Shown here one piece after another: positions 20,611-29,458 of a stretch of DNA of 64,000 bases. The first letter of the stretch is position 1. Each line of letters starts with the position of its first letter. Source of the stretch: Candidatus Latescibacterota bacterium (lineage in GTDB: Bacteria > Latescibacterota > UBA2968 > UBA8231). Under the pieces are notes generated by a model, which was not told the origin of the DNA, searched no databases, and saw nothing but the letters and a program-made list of their open reading frames with translations. The DNA is taken from positions 6,048,001-6,112,000 of the forward strand of contig OZ253462.1 in assembly GCA_965261395.1 (NCBI GenBank). The letters are read 5' to 3'. The position numbers were made by a program, and so were the translations under genes.

Positions 20611-21285
20611 TTACCGACGCCAAGTTGCTTTCAGGCCGCCCCAGGTGGTTTCGGCGACCGCACTGGAGTCATCAGTTGTTTCGGCGACCGCACTGGAGTC
20701 ATCAACGGGGTGGAGTTCCCAGACTACGACCCCAGTTTCCCTCGCGGTAGTGAGGAACAGGGTGTCTCCCTCAATGGCATACTTGCTAACCCCCCACTGA
20801 TTGAGTATAGCGAGGGGCTCGACCGTATCGAGTTCAGCGAAAAACGCGTCGATAAATTCCTGTTCAAAGGCTGGGTAGTTCTCGGCGGGAATTTCGTGTA
20901 AGTCTGCTACATAACGGGCGAAGTCGCGGGCCACTTGGGTGAAAAATTCGACGAAGCCCTCACCATCGACGGACAGGGCTAATGTAGCTATATCAATCAC
21001 GAGATTGTCGCCCAAGATGCCATAGGTGCCGGTGCCGTGGGCGACAATCGTCTCCATGGTGGGTGGTTCCGGGACTTGGACATCGGCGAGGAAATCGTCT
21101 TTGACCTGAATGACTTGGTCGATCTCAAAGGCTCCGTCTGCCCCGAAAGTCAGGCGAATGGTAATCTCGCCAATTTGCTCATCGACGACAGTGCCCTCCC
21201 AAGTGCCATGCAGGGCCTCTTGCTGGGCGGCGAGCGGCGCGACGAGCAGGCAAAGGCAGAGGACAGACGACAGGAGCTGACGCAT
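20611..21285 (-). CDS. Secreted hypothetical protein with a C-terminal TTWGGLK motif
   Basis: Signal peptide MRQLLSSVLCLCLLVAPLAA, lipocalin-like HGTWEG, and terminus ETTWGGLKATWRR. Confidence 0.7.
   Translation of the reverse strand: MRQLLSSVLCLCLLVAPLAAQQEALHGTWEGTVVDEQIGEITIRLTFGADGAFEIDQVIQVKDDFLADVQVPEPPTMETIVAHGTGTYGILGDNLVIDIATLALSVDGEGFVEFFTQVARDFARYVADLHEIPAENYPAFEQEFIDAFFAELDTVEPLAILNQWGVSKYAIEGDTLFLTTARETGVVVWELHPVDDSSAVAETTDDSSAVAETTWGGLKATWRR
20648..20704. repeat. 30-bp-period tandem duplication (DDSSAVAETT x2)
   Basis: GTTTCGGCGACCGCACTGGAGTCATCA occurs at 20648 and 20678. Confidence 0.9.
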
Positions 21286-21304
21286 AAGGATCTCCTTTGC
21301 AGGG

Positions 21305-22297
21305 TCACCCGTATAAATGGGCGACATACTCTGCATAGCCGTTGTAGGGGAGGGTCTCGCGTCGTTCGGTCGCGTTCAGATCGGTGGAAATGAAGCGCTC
21401 GGAGGCTTGCGACCAGCGGGGATGGGGGACTTGGGGTTCGACGTTGGAGAAAAAGCCGTACTCGTGTGGCACTAGGGTGTTCCAAAACGTCGCTGGCTGT
21501 TCGCTGGTGAATTCGATTTTGGTGATCGACTTGAGGCCCTTATAGCCGTATTTCCAGGGCGTCACCAAGCGCAGGGGGGCACCGTGTTGCTTGGGCAGTT
21601 CGTGGCCGTAGATGCCCGTTGCCAGCAAAGTCAACTCATTGGTCGCTTCGGCCATGGTCAGGCCCTCGGTATAGGGCCAGGGCCAATCGGATCGATCCCA
21701 TTGGCCTGGGGCTACCTCGGGATTGAAGAAGGAGATCATGCGCACGTAGCGGGCCGATGATAGCGGTTGAACCAAGTCGATGAGATCCCGCATGGGGAAG
21801 CCCGTCCACGGTATGGCCATGGACCAAGCCTCGACGCAGCGGTGGCGGTAGAGCCGCTCTTCCAGATCCATTATGCCGATTAGGTTGTCGATGTCATAGG
21901 TCTTGGGCTGCTGCACTAGGCCGCCTATTTCCACAGTCCAGGGGGCAGGCTCAAAATTATCTATGAAGCGCCACACCTCCTTGCCGGTGGAGAATTCATA
22001 GAAGTTGTTGTACAGAGCCGCTATCGCCTCGTCGGTGAGCGGCCGGTCGAGCGTGGACCAAGCATCGTTGGTGGGAGCCGGATACCACTCTGAAGGCGGG
22101 ATTGGCTCGATGATCGTAGGACTGAGGTATTTGGTTGGATCGACGAGCGTTGCTGGATTGAGGAGCTTTTCGGGGATGCATCCCGCAAGCAGGCCGATGG
22201 TGCCCAAACCGGCCCGCCGGATGAACTTGCGGCGGTTGAGATAGACATCTTCGTCGGTGGCTTGACGCTGGGGGATCTCCCATTTTTTGCGCGGCAT
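21305..22297 (-). CDS. msrP: Protein-methionine-sulfoxide reductase catalytic subunit (molybdoenzyme)
   Basis: Tat motif NRRKFI, YNNFYEF, RHRCVEAWS, QHGAPLRLVTPWKYGYK, HPRWSQASER. Confidence 0.92.
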   Translation of the reverse strand: MPRKKWEIPQRQATDEDVYLNRRKFIRRAGLGTIGLLAGCIPEKLLNPATLVDPTKYLSPTIIEPIPPSEWYPAPTNDAWSTLDRPLTDEAIAALYNNFYEFSTGKEVWRFIDNFEPAPWTVEIGGLVQQPKTYDIDNLIGIMDLEERLYRHRCVEAWSMAIPWTGFPMRDLIDLVQPLSSARYVRMISFFNPEVAPGQWDRSDWPWPYTEGLTMAEATNELTLLATGIYGHELPKQHGAPLRLVTPWKYGYKGLKSITKIEFTSEQPATFWNTLVPHEYGFFSNVEPQVPHPRWSQASERFISTDLNATERRETLPYNGYAEYVAHLYG

Positions 22298-22362
22298 CCT
22301 AGCCTCCTTGTAATGGTTGTACGGGAAAAATATAACAGATTTGTTCTTTAGCCGCGATTGTT

Positions 22363-23346
22363 CTAGCGCTTGAAAGCCAGCCCTGCGGCGTAGGTCGTGC
22401 CCGCTGCCGTATTGCAGCCAGCCGCGATGTGGAATAGATCGACACCGATTTCGAGGTGCTTACTGAGCGACCAGATCAACCCCGGGGCCACCTTGAGGAT
22501 ATCTTGGTCGCCGACGAGACCGCCTTGTCCCATGGCACCGCAGTCGCCCATAGTGCGCATCCCTTCGACCACGCCTTTGACTAGCAGGCGTTTATAGGTG
22601 ACACCAGCCTCGAAGCCATAGAAGAATTCGTCGCTGAAGGCTCCGCCTCGCTTGCGATAGCCGACCGCGCTCGTCAGGTAGCCTGGGAACGGATACAGCG
22701 ATTTGCCCACCAACAGGCGCATGTCGATATCCTTTTCGCCCGTGCCCAAGGGAACCTTGCTGTCGGCACCTGCGAGGGCGCCATCCACTGGACTCGGCCC
22801 CAAGCCAAGCCCGCCCGAGTTTAGGGAGCCAATGCTGTCTTGATCTATGTCGTAGCCCAAGGGGAATTTGCCCCCCAGCGCCAAGGAGACCACCGCCGGA
22901 TTGCGTAGCAAGCGCCAGCGCAGGCGCAGTTCCAAATCGGCCAGACCCGAGCGGATTTCGTCGGGGAGTATGCGGGTTATGGTGGTATCGAGAACATCGC
23001 TTTTGAACACCTTCACCTCCGTATTCTTGTACACCAAGTGCTTATAGGGCAGGGTGGCCACCAAGGTCAAGCGCTCCTGCAAACCATATTCTAGGTAGGC
23101 TGATATATTCCTATCGCTCAATTCTTCCATGCTGGGTTTTGCCACTCGGGCCTGCCGGTCGCCAGCGGCGTCGAGATAGTCTTGGGAGCGGAAGGAAAGT
23201 CCGGCGATTTTGAAATACAATCCGCCCGGGGCCTGCGTCCAAGCGCCGGCATGGAGTTGGGTAGGGATAGCCGCCAGCAGGAAGGCCGCCAGTGGGATCC
23301 AGTGCCGCAGTGGGCGGAGCGAATTCGGTCGAATGCTGTGGTTCAT
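22363..23346 (-). CDS. Secreted or outer-membrane beta-barrel-like hypothetical protein
   Basis: Signal peptide ending LHA-GAWTQAPG, YLEYGL, amphipathic beta-strands. Start taken at MNHSIRP. Confidence 0.65.
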   Translation of the reverse strand: MNHSIRPNSLRPLRHWIPLAAFLLAAIPTQLHAGAWTQAPGGLYFKIAGLSFRSQDYLDAAGDRQARVAKPSMEELSDRNISAYLEYGLQERLTLVATLPYKHLVYKNTEVKVFKSDVLDTTITRILPDEIRSGLADLELRLRWRLLRNPAVVSLALGGKFPLGYDIDQDSIGSLNSGGLGLGPSPVDGALAGADSKVPLGTGEKDIDMRLLVGKSLYPFPGYLTSAVGYRKRGGAFSDEFFYGFEAGVTYKRLLVKGVVEGMRTMGDCGAMGQGGLVGDQDILKVAPGLIWSLSKHLEIGVDLFHIAAGCNTAAGTTYAAGLAFKR

Positions 23347-23453
23347 AAAAATCTCGCGGAAAATGATGGAGTTGAGCGGTCCCCGGACTCTTCTGTCGAT
23401 GATATACCGACCACTCACAAATAGCAACGTTCCCAGTCCTGTGGCAGCGCTGC

Positions 23454-26400
23454 TCAATAGAGGTAGCGCAAGCCGATTTGCACTTGGCGCGGGTCGCCCA
23501 AGCCCGACTGCACAGTGCCGTCGAAATTGAATAGCAGGCCGGCGCTGGAGGGGTCGCGGAAGTTATCCGTGTTGAGCAGGTTGAAGACCTCGACAATGGC
23601 CTCTAGTTGGCCGCTGCTCACCGGAATGGGCCGCGACAGGCGCACGTCATAGGAGAAAAACTCGTTGTCTTTGCGCAGCGTGTTGCGCGCCGTGATGCGG
23701 CCGTCGCCGCAGATTCGGTCGGAGGCCGCGCCCCACGGGTTGGTCGAGCGGCCGCCCGCGCAGGATGCGGAGACTGGCTGCGCCGAATAGTAGCTCAGGC
23801 GCTGATTGAACAAGACCCCGCCGGGCAATGCGGCCAAGGCCCACGCATTGAAGCGGTGGCGCTGGTCGCGGTCCGAATAGCCCCACTCGTGCTCCAGTTG
23901 GGTCGCATCGACGTAGCGAAAGGTGAAGGGATCGCGCTCGTTGTCGTCGTCGGATTTGTCCCACGACAATGTATAGTTGAGCTGGAATTGCAAGTCGTCG
24001 TGCACCATCTGCCGCAAGCCGAAGCTGAGGCCGTGGTAGCGCGACTTGGCCGTGCTCTCGACCACGGTTAAATCGCCGATGCCGTTGCTGCCATCGGCCC
24101 CTAGGCCCGTTGCCCACGGAGAGCCGAAGATTGCGTCATTGCGGTTGACAAAGCGCGTCAGCTTGTCGGTGCGGGCGTACGTGTACCCGAGGGAGCCGAC
24201 CAAACCCGACGCATGTAATTCGCGTTCAATGCCGACATTTGAGCTGATGGTGCGCGGGTTTGCAAAATTCTGGTCAAAGACAAAGATATTGGGCCGGAAG
24301 GGATCGCCAGCGGGCGCGGGCAACAATTCGCCGTAGGTCGGCGGTGGGCCCAAAATGGGCGTCAGGGCGCTGGAGCGGAAAATGGATTGCCCGCGCGAGC
24401 CGTTGGTCGAGCGCGTGCTGGCCACGTTCAAGCCTGGGATGCGGGCGTAGTAGATTCCGGCGCTGCCGCGCAACAAGGTTTTGTTGTCGCCATGCACATC
24501 GTAGGCCACCCCCAAGCGCGGCTGGAACATGTCCCAGTCCGAGGGAATGGTGCCGTTGGAGGGGAATTCGTAGGTCCCCGTTTCGTTGGTCACTGTTTTG
24601 CCGATGAAGTCGGCGAAGAATACCTCGTCTGGACCGGTGAGTACATCGGGCTGAATTTGCGCCTCCCAGCGCAGGCCGTAATTGAGCGTCAGCTTGTTCG
24701 AGGGCTGCCAACTGTCCTGCACAAATAGGGCCAATTCGTGCTGCGGGATCTGCTGGGTGCCCGATTCTTCCACGGTCAGCCCGCCGACGCCGGACTGCTG
24801 CAAATAGAGCAGAACTGGCCCGATAATATCCGTCCCGTCCGGGCAGGCCCCGGTGGTGCTGGTGCTGCCGTCGGCGCACTCGACATAGCCGTTGCCCTGC
24901 GCGACGAAGTTGAGAAAGCCATCTGTCGAACTAAAGATGTAGCGGCCATTGGCAAAACCGATGAAGGTCTGCACGGATTCGACGCGGTTCCACTCGACCC
25001 CGGCTTTGATTAAGTGATCGCCCTTGGCCACGGAGATATTGTCGAGCGCCTGGATGCGAGAGTCGTAGTACTCGACCGGAATGAAGAAGGGCATACCAAA
25101 GCGATAGCCGTGGACAAAATCCATGCCCGTATCGGGGAAGGGCCGGCCAGTGTTGGGGTTATCCGGTCCGAGGTAGGGTCGCGGGCGATCTTCGCGGGAA
25201 ACTTGGAAGCGAAACTCGTTGGTGGTGGTCGAGGACAGCAGCGACAGCAGGCTGCCGTTGAAGGCGTGGGACCAATCCCTTTCTACGGCGTTGGCGCTGC
25301 GGGTCCACGAGTCCACGTCAAAGGTGCCGTTTTCCTGCTCGGACCAAGTGTAATTGTATTTGAAGGTGGCGTAGTGCGCATCCGACAGGCGGGCGTCGAT
25401 CTTGGCGAGAAAAGCGCGGGCGTCGTTGGTGCGGTCAATGGGACCGTAGTCATTGGCTAGTGCCCCGCTGAATTGCTCGTCCATAAACGCGCGTAGCCGG
25501 GCATCAATGCGCTCGCTATCGCTCTGCTTGGTGTCCCTGAAAACCTGCTGGTCGTAGGCGGTGAAGAAGAATGCCTTGTCCTGTATCAGCGGCCCGCCCA
25601 AAGTGAAGCCGAACTGCCCTTGGCTAAAATCCGGCACGCGCTCCACGCCCTCGTGCCGCGCCGTGCTCGACAGAGCGTCGTTTTTGCCGAAAAAATGCAG
25701 CGAGCCGTGCAATTGGTTGGTACCCGACTTGGTGATGACGTTGACAAAGCCGCCGCTGGAGCGGCCGAATTCCGCGTTGGCCCCCTGCGGCACTACCACC
25801 ATTTCCTCCACTGCGTCCAAGTTAAAGGTGAAGGCTGGGCGCTGGCCGCCGCGCTGCTCGCCGAAGAAGGGATTGTTAAAATCAGCGCCATCCACCGAGA
25901 TGTTGTTGTGAATGCCGCGCTGCCCGCCAATGCTCAGCTCGTCGCCGTCGGGGCCTTGGACAATGGCCACACCTGGGGTCAACAGCGTCAGGCTGAGGAA
26001 ATTGCGTCCGTTGTTGGGCAGGTTCTGCACCGCCTCTTCGGGCAGGCGCGTGGCTGGCTCGCTCTGGGTTATATCCACCGTGGGCAAGGCCGCCTCGACG
26101 ACCATTTCCTCCATCTGCGGCAGCATTTTGACGATCAATTCCACGGTCTCACCGACTCGCACTTGCACTCCGGTCTGCCGCACTTCGGCCTGTCCGGCCG
26201 CCTGTACCGTCACGTCGTAGAAGCCGAGGGGCAACAAGGTCGCGGTGAACAGCCCCAGATCGGACAAGGTAAGGGTGCGCTCGTAATTGGTGCGGGTTTC
26301 CTTGAGCGCGATGGTGGCATTGCCGATGGGGTTGCCAAACTGGTCCCAGACAACGCCGCGGATTACGCCGGTGGTCGCTTGGGACTGTGCCCAAGCTCCG

Positions 26401-26465
26401 TCGAGCAGGACGATCCAGAGTAGGACGGGCAGAAGAGACAAAAAGCGAAGTCGATGCGTCGGCAT
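23454..26465 (-). CDS. TonB-dependent receptor, Oar-like, with N-terminal carboxypeptidase-regulatory-like domain
   Basis: QATTGVIRGVV, LPNNGRNFL, AEFGRSSGGFVNVITKSGTN, FQPRLG, terminal PRQVQIGLRY. Confidence 0.92.
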   Translation of the reverse strand: MPTHRLRFLSLLPVLLWIVLLDGAWAQSQATTGVIRGVVWDQFGNPIGNATIALKETRTNYERTLTLSDLGLFTATLLPLGFYDVTVQAAGQAEVRQTGVQVRVGETVELIVKMLPQMEEMVVEAALPTVDITQSEPATRLPEEAVQNLPNNGRNFLSLTLLTPGVAIVQGPDGDELSIGGQRGIHNNISVDGADFNNPFFGEQRGGQRPAFTFNLDAVEEMVVVPQGANAEFGRSSGGFVNVITKSGTNQLHGSLHFFGKNDALSSTARHEGVERVPDFSQGQFGFTLGGPLIQDKAFFFTAYDQQVFRDTKQSDSERIDARLRAFMDEQFSGALANDYGPIDRTNDARAFLAKIDARLSDAHYATFKYNYTWSEQENGTFDVDSWTRSANAVERDWSHAFNGSLLSLLSSTTTNEFRFQVSREDRPRPYLGPDNPNTGRPFPDTGMDFVHGYRFGMPFFIPVEYYDSRIQALDNISVAKGDHLIKAGVEWNRVESVQTFIGFANGRYIFSSTDGFLNFVAQGNGYVECADGSTSTTGACPDGTDIIGPVLLYLQQSGVGGLTVEESGTQQIPQHELALFVQDSWQPSNKLTLNYGLRWEAQIQPDVLTGPDEVFFADFIGKTVTNETGTYEFPSNGTIPSDWDMFQPRLGVAYDVHGDNKTLLRGSAGIYYARIPGLNVASTRSTNGSRGQSIFRSSALTPILGPPPTYGELLPAPAGDPFRPNIFVFDQNFANPRTISSNVGIERELHASGLVGSLGYTYARTDKLTRFVNRNDAIFGSPWATGLGADGSNGIGDLTVVESTAKSRYHGLSFGLRQMVHDDLQFQLNYTLSWDKSDDDNERDPFTFRYVDATQLEHEWGYSDRDQRHRFNAWALAALPGGVLFNQRLSYYSAQPVSASCAGGRSTNPWGAASDRICGDGRITARNTLRKDNEFFSYDVRLSRPIPVSSGQLEAIVEVFNLLNTDNFRDPSSAGLLFNFDGTVQSGLGDPRQVQIGLRYLY

Positions 26466-26657
26466 TGAAGATACCTTATGTATAAGAGGGTGGGTGCGAA
26501 GAATGCGATCCGCAGTTTGAAGGCCTGCTCTGCGGGCCACTTTTGCCTGTATTGTGGATGGACTATTTTTATAACATTAGCCAAAATTCAAGCTCGGTCA
26601 ACTAGCTATTCGGCGACCTCTTACCACTCGACAAATTCATAGAAAACACAGCCAGCC

Positions 26658-27371
26658 ATGCCCGATCTGATTGCCTTTGACGCCGACGATACCCTGTGGG
26701 AAAACGAGATCTACTTTGAAACAGCCAAAGATCGCTTTAAACATCTGTTGGCCTCCGACTGCGATCCGGCGTGGACCGAGCGGGAGCTGTATGAGACTGA
26801 AATGCGCAACCTAGCTCACTTTGGCTACGGCATCAAAGGCTTCACCCTGTCCATGATCGAGACGGCCCTCGATCTGACAAAGGGCGCGATAACGGGGCAG
26901 CAAATCCGCCAGATTTTGGACTATGGCAAAGAGCTGCTGCAAATGCCCATCGAACCGCTGCCCCACGTCGAGGAGGTGCTCGCCCACCTGTCCAGAACTC
27001 GTCCCCTGATGCTGCTGACCAAGGGCGATTTGTTCGACCAAGAGGCCAAGATCGCCCGCTCCGGCTTGGCCGACCACTTCACCTACATCGAAATCGTTAG
27101 CGACAAAAACGAGGAAACCTATGCGGCCCTGCTGCAGCGCCACGGCATCCAGCCAGCCGACTTTTGCATGGTGGGCAATTCGCTCAAGTCGGATATCCTG
27201 CCCGTCGTCGCCTTGGGCGGGCACGCCGTCCACGTCCCTTATCACACTACTTGGACCCACGAACGCGTCGAGCCTTCGGAGGCCGAGCGCCGGCAATACC
27301 ACCAAATAGCCCACCTAGGCGAACTGCCCGACCTGCTCGCAGAGCGGTTCGCTTCCACCGTCCCAAACTAA
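26658..27371 (+). CDS. HAD superfamily hydrolase
   Basis: IAFDADDTLW, LTKGD, MVGNSLKSDI. Confidence 0.92.
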   Translation: MPDLIAFDADDTLWENEIYFETAKDRFKHLLASDCDPAWTERELYETEMRNLAHFGYGIKGFTLSMIETALDLTKGAITGQQIRQILDYGKELLQMPIEPLPHVEEVLAHLSRTRPLMLLTKGDLFDQEAKIARSGLADHFTYIEIVSDKNEETYAALLQRHGIQPADFCMVGNSLKSDILPVVALGGHAVHVPYHTTWTHERVEPSEAERRQYHQIAHLGELPDLLAERFASTVPN

Positions 27372-27412
27372 AACCGTGCCTTCGTCCGGCCTTCCCGCGC
27401 GACGGACCTGCA

Positions 27413-29458
27413 ATGCCGGCGACCGATTCTACCACACCTGAGCCGGGCCGGGTTGGCCGTCTGCTGCCGGCCGCCTTTCGCTCGCGGCTGGATCTGGAGC
27501 CGTCCGACCCGGAGCCTACCGTCGAAGAGGCCGGCTCGGCCTTTACGCTTCGGGCCTTTGCACTGGGCACCTTTTTGGCCGCTTTCATCGGCGGCGGCAT
27601 AGCCTATAGTACCCTGTACCTGCAAGGCTCCTTCATGGCCTTGGGCTTTAGCACAGTAGGGGCGGTTTGCCTGCTGGCCCTGCTGACGGGCTTGGTCAAT
27701 CCCCTGCTCAAGTTGGGTGGGACGCGGGGTTTGCGCCGAGGTGAATTGCTGCTGGTCTATATCATGATGGTGATGGCCTCGCCCATCCCCATCGTTTTTA
27801 CCTCGAAGATCATCAGCCAGCTAGCGTCCCCCTTTTACTTTGCCACGCCCGAAAACGATTGGCAGAGCCTCATCCATCCCCACATCCCTCACTGGATGAT
27901 GCCGCGCCAGCTCGGCGACGCCCAGTTCTTCTTTGAGGGCATGGGTGCCGCCTACACAGTGCCGTGGAAGGCTTGGCTGTTGGCGTTGGCGGCTTGGCAG
28001 CCCTTTATCTGGTCCCTCTTCTTGGTGATGATCGCCATCATGGTCGTTTTGCGGCGGCAGTGGATCGACAACGAGCGCCTCGTCTATCCGCTGGTGCAGG
28101 TGCCGCTGGCCATGACCGCAATGGGGGAGAGCACGGAGCGCTGGTCGCCTTTTTTCAAAAATCGGGGGATGTGGATCGGTTTCACCCTCGCCGCCACTTG
28201 GAGCACGCTGCACGGTCTGTACGCCTATTTCCCGGAAGGCGTGCATTTCGCCCGCGGAGTCGATCTGTTCCACCAAACAGTGCCGATCATGCGCGACACC
28301 ACTTCGCTGCATATCATCTTCCGCTTCCACATCCTCGGTTTTTTCTACTTCCTCAAGACCGAAGTCGCCCTCAGTCTGTGGGTCTTTAACCTGTTGGCCA
28401 ATGTCTTGCGCGGTGCTTTCGCCATCCTCGGCATCGGCAGTACGCCCAGCTTGGGTAGTGGTCACGGCATCGGACATACGCTTCAGGTCTATCACGCCAT
28501 GGGCGCCATGCTGGTCCTCTTCCTCGGCGGCTTGTGGGCCGCCCGCCGTCATCTGGCCGCGGTCTGGCGCAAAGCTTGGTTTGGCGACCCGGCCGTTGAT
28601 GACGGCGAGGAAATCCTGTCTTACCGGGCGGCGGTGGCCATCCTCGTCGTCGGCACGGCGATCATGCTCGGCTGGCTGTGGCTGGCCGGATTGCCGCTGT
28701 GGGCTGGCGTGGTCCTGCTGTTTCTGGCCGGTGCCCTCTTTGTCGCCTTCACCCGAATAGTGGCTGAAGGCGGTCTGTCAGACGGCGCGCCGCCCGTGGT
28801 GCCGGCTGGCATCCTCATCTCCGCGGTGGGTTCGTCGGCGCTGGGGGCACCGGGCTTGGTCTTGCTGGCCAGCACCTATATCTGGACGGCCAATGTCCGC
28901 AGCTTTGTCATGGCCTCCTGCGCCAACAGTCTGAAACTGGGCGGGGAATTGAGCCGGGGGCGTCGGCCTTTGTTTTGGGCTATGGTCGTGGCCATAGCCG
29001 TGGCGCTAATGGCATCGACTTGGATGATCTTGGAGCTGAGCTACGAGCACGGCAATCTCAACCTGCGGGGTACGGTCAGCCGCGAAGCCCCCTACCGCTA
29101 TGTCGAGGGCTTACTGCGCTACCCGAGCGAACTGCATCTGTGGGGCTGGATCAATATGGGCCTGGGCGCGGCCATCATGCTGGGCTTGACTGTGGCCCGT
29201 TGGCATTACGCTTGGTGGCCCTTGCATCCTTTGGGCTATCCCATTGGGCCGACTTGGATTATGGACCATCTGTGGTTCAATATGTTTTTGGCTTGGTTGA
29301 TCAAAGTCCTAGTGCTCAAGTACGGCGGTGCCGACCGCTACCACCGGACTAGGCCGTTTTTTATGGGCCTGATCTTGGGGCAACTGCTGCCGGGCGGCAT
29401 CTTCCTCGTCATCGACCATTTTACCGGCACGGTCGGCAATGTGATTTTCTGGGGTTGA
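27413..29458 (+). CDS. Polytopic membrane protein, DUF6785/DUF6784 (OPT-related putative transporter)
   Basis: FTLRAFALG, RRQWIDNERLVYPL, RIVAEGG, WWPLHPLGY; many TM helices. Start taken at MPATDS. Confidence 0.75.
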   Translation: MPATDSTTPEPGRVGRLLPAAFRSRLDLEPSDPEPTVEEAGSAFTLRAFALGTFLAAFIGGGIAYSTLYLQGSFMALGFSTVGAVCLLALLTGLVNPLLKLGGTRGLRRGELLLVYIMMVMASPIPIVFTSKIISQLASPFYFATPENDWQSLIHPHIPHWMMPRQLGDAQFFFEGMGAAYTVPWKAWLLALAAWQPFIWSLFLVMIAIMVVLRRQWIDNERLVYPLVQVPLAMTAMGESTERWSPFFKNRGMWIGFTLAATWSTLHGLYAYFPEGVHFARGVDLFHQTVPIMRDTTSLHIIFRFHILGFFYFLKTEVALSLWVFNLLANVLRGAFAILGIGSTPSLGSGHGIGHTLQVYHAMGAMLVLFLGGLWAARRHLAAVWRKAWFGDPAVDDGEEILSYRAAVAILVVGTAIMLGWLWLAGLPLWAGVVLLFLAGALFVAFTRIVAEGGLSDGAPPVVPAGILISAVGSSALGAPGLVLLASTYIWTANVRSFVMASCANSLKLGGELSRGRRPLFWAMVVAIAVALMASTWMILELSYEHGNLNLRGTVSREAPYRYVEGLLRYPSELHLWGWINMGLGAAIMLGLTVARWHYAWWPLHPLGYPIGPTWIMDHLWFNMFLAWLIKVLVLKYGGADRYHRTRPFFMGLILGQLLPGGIFLVIDHFTGTVGNVIFWG

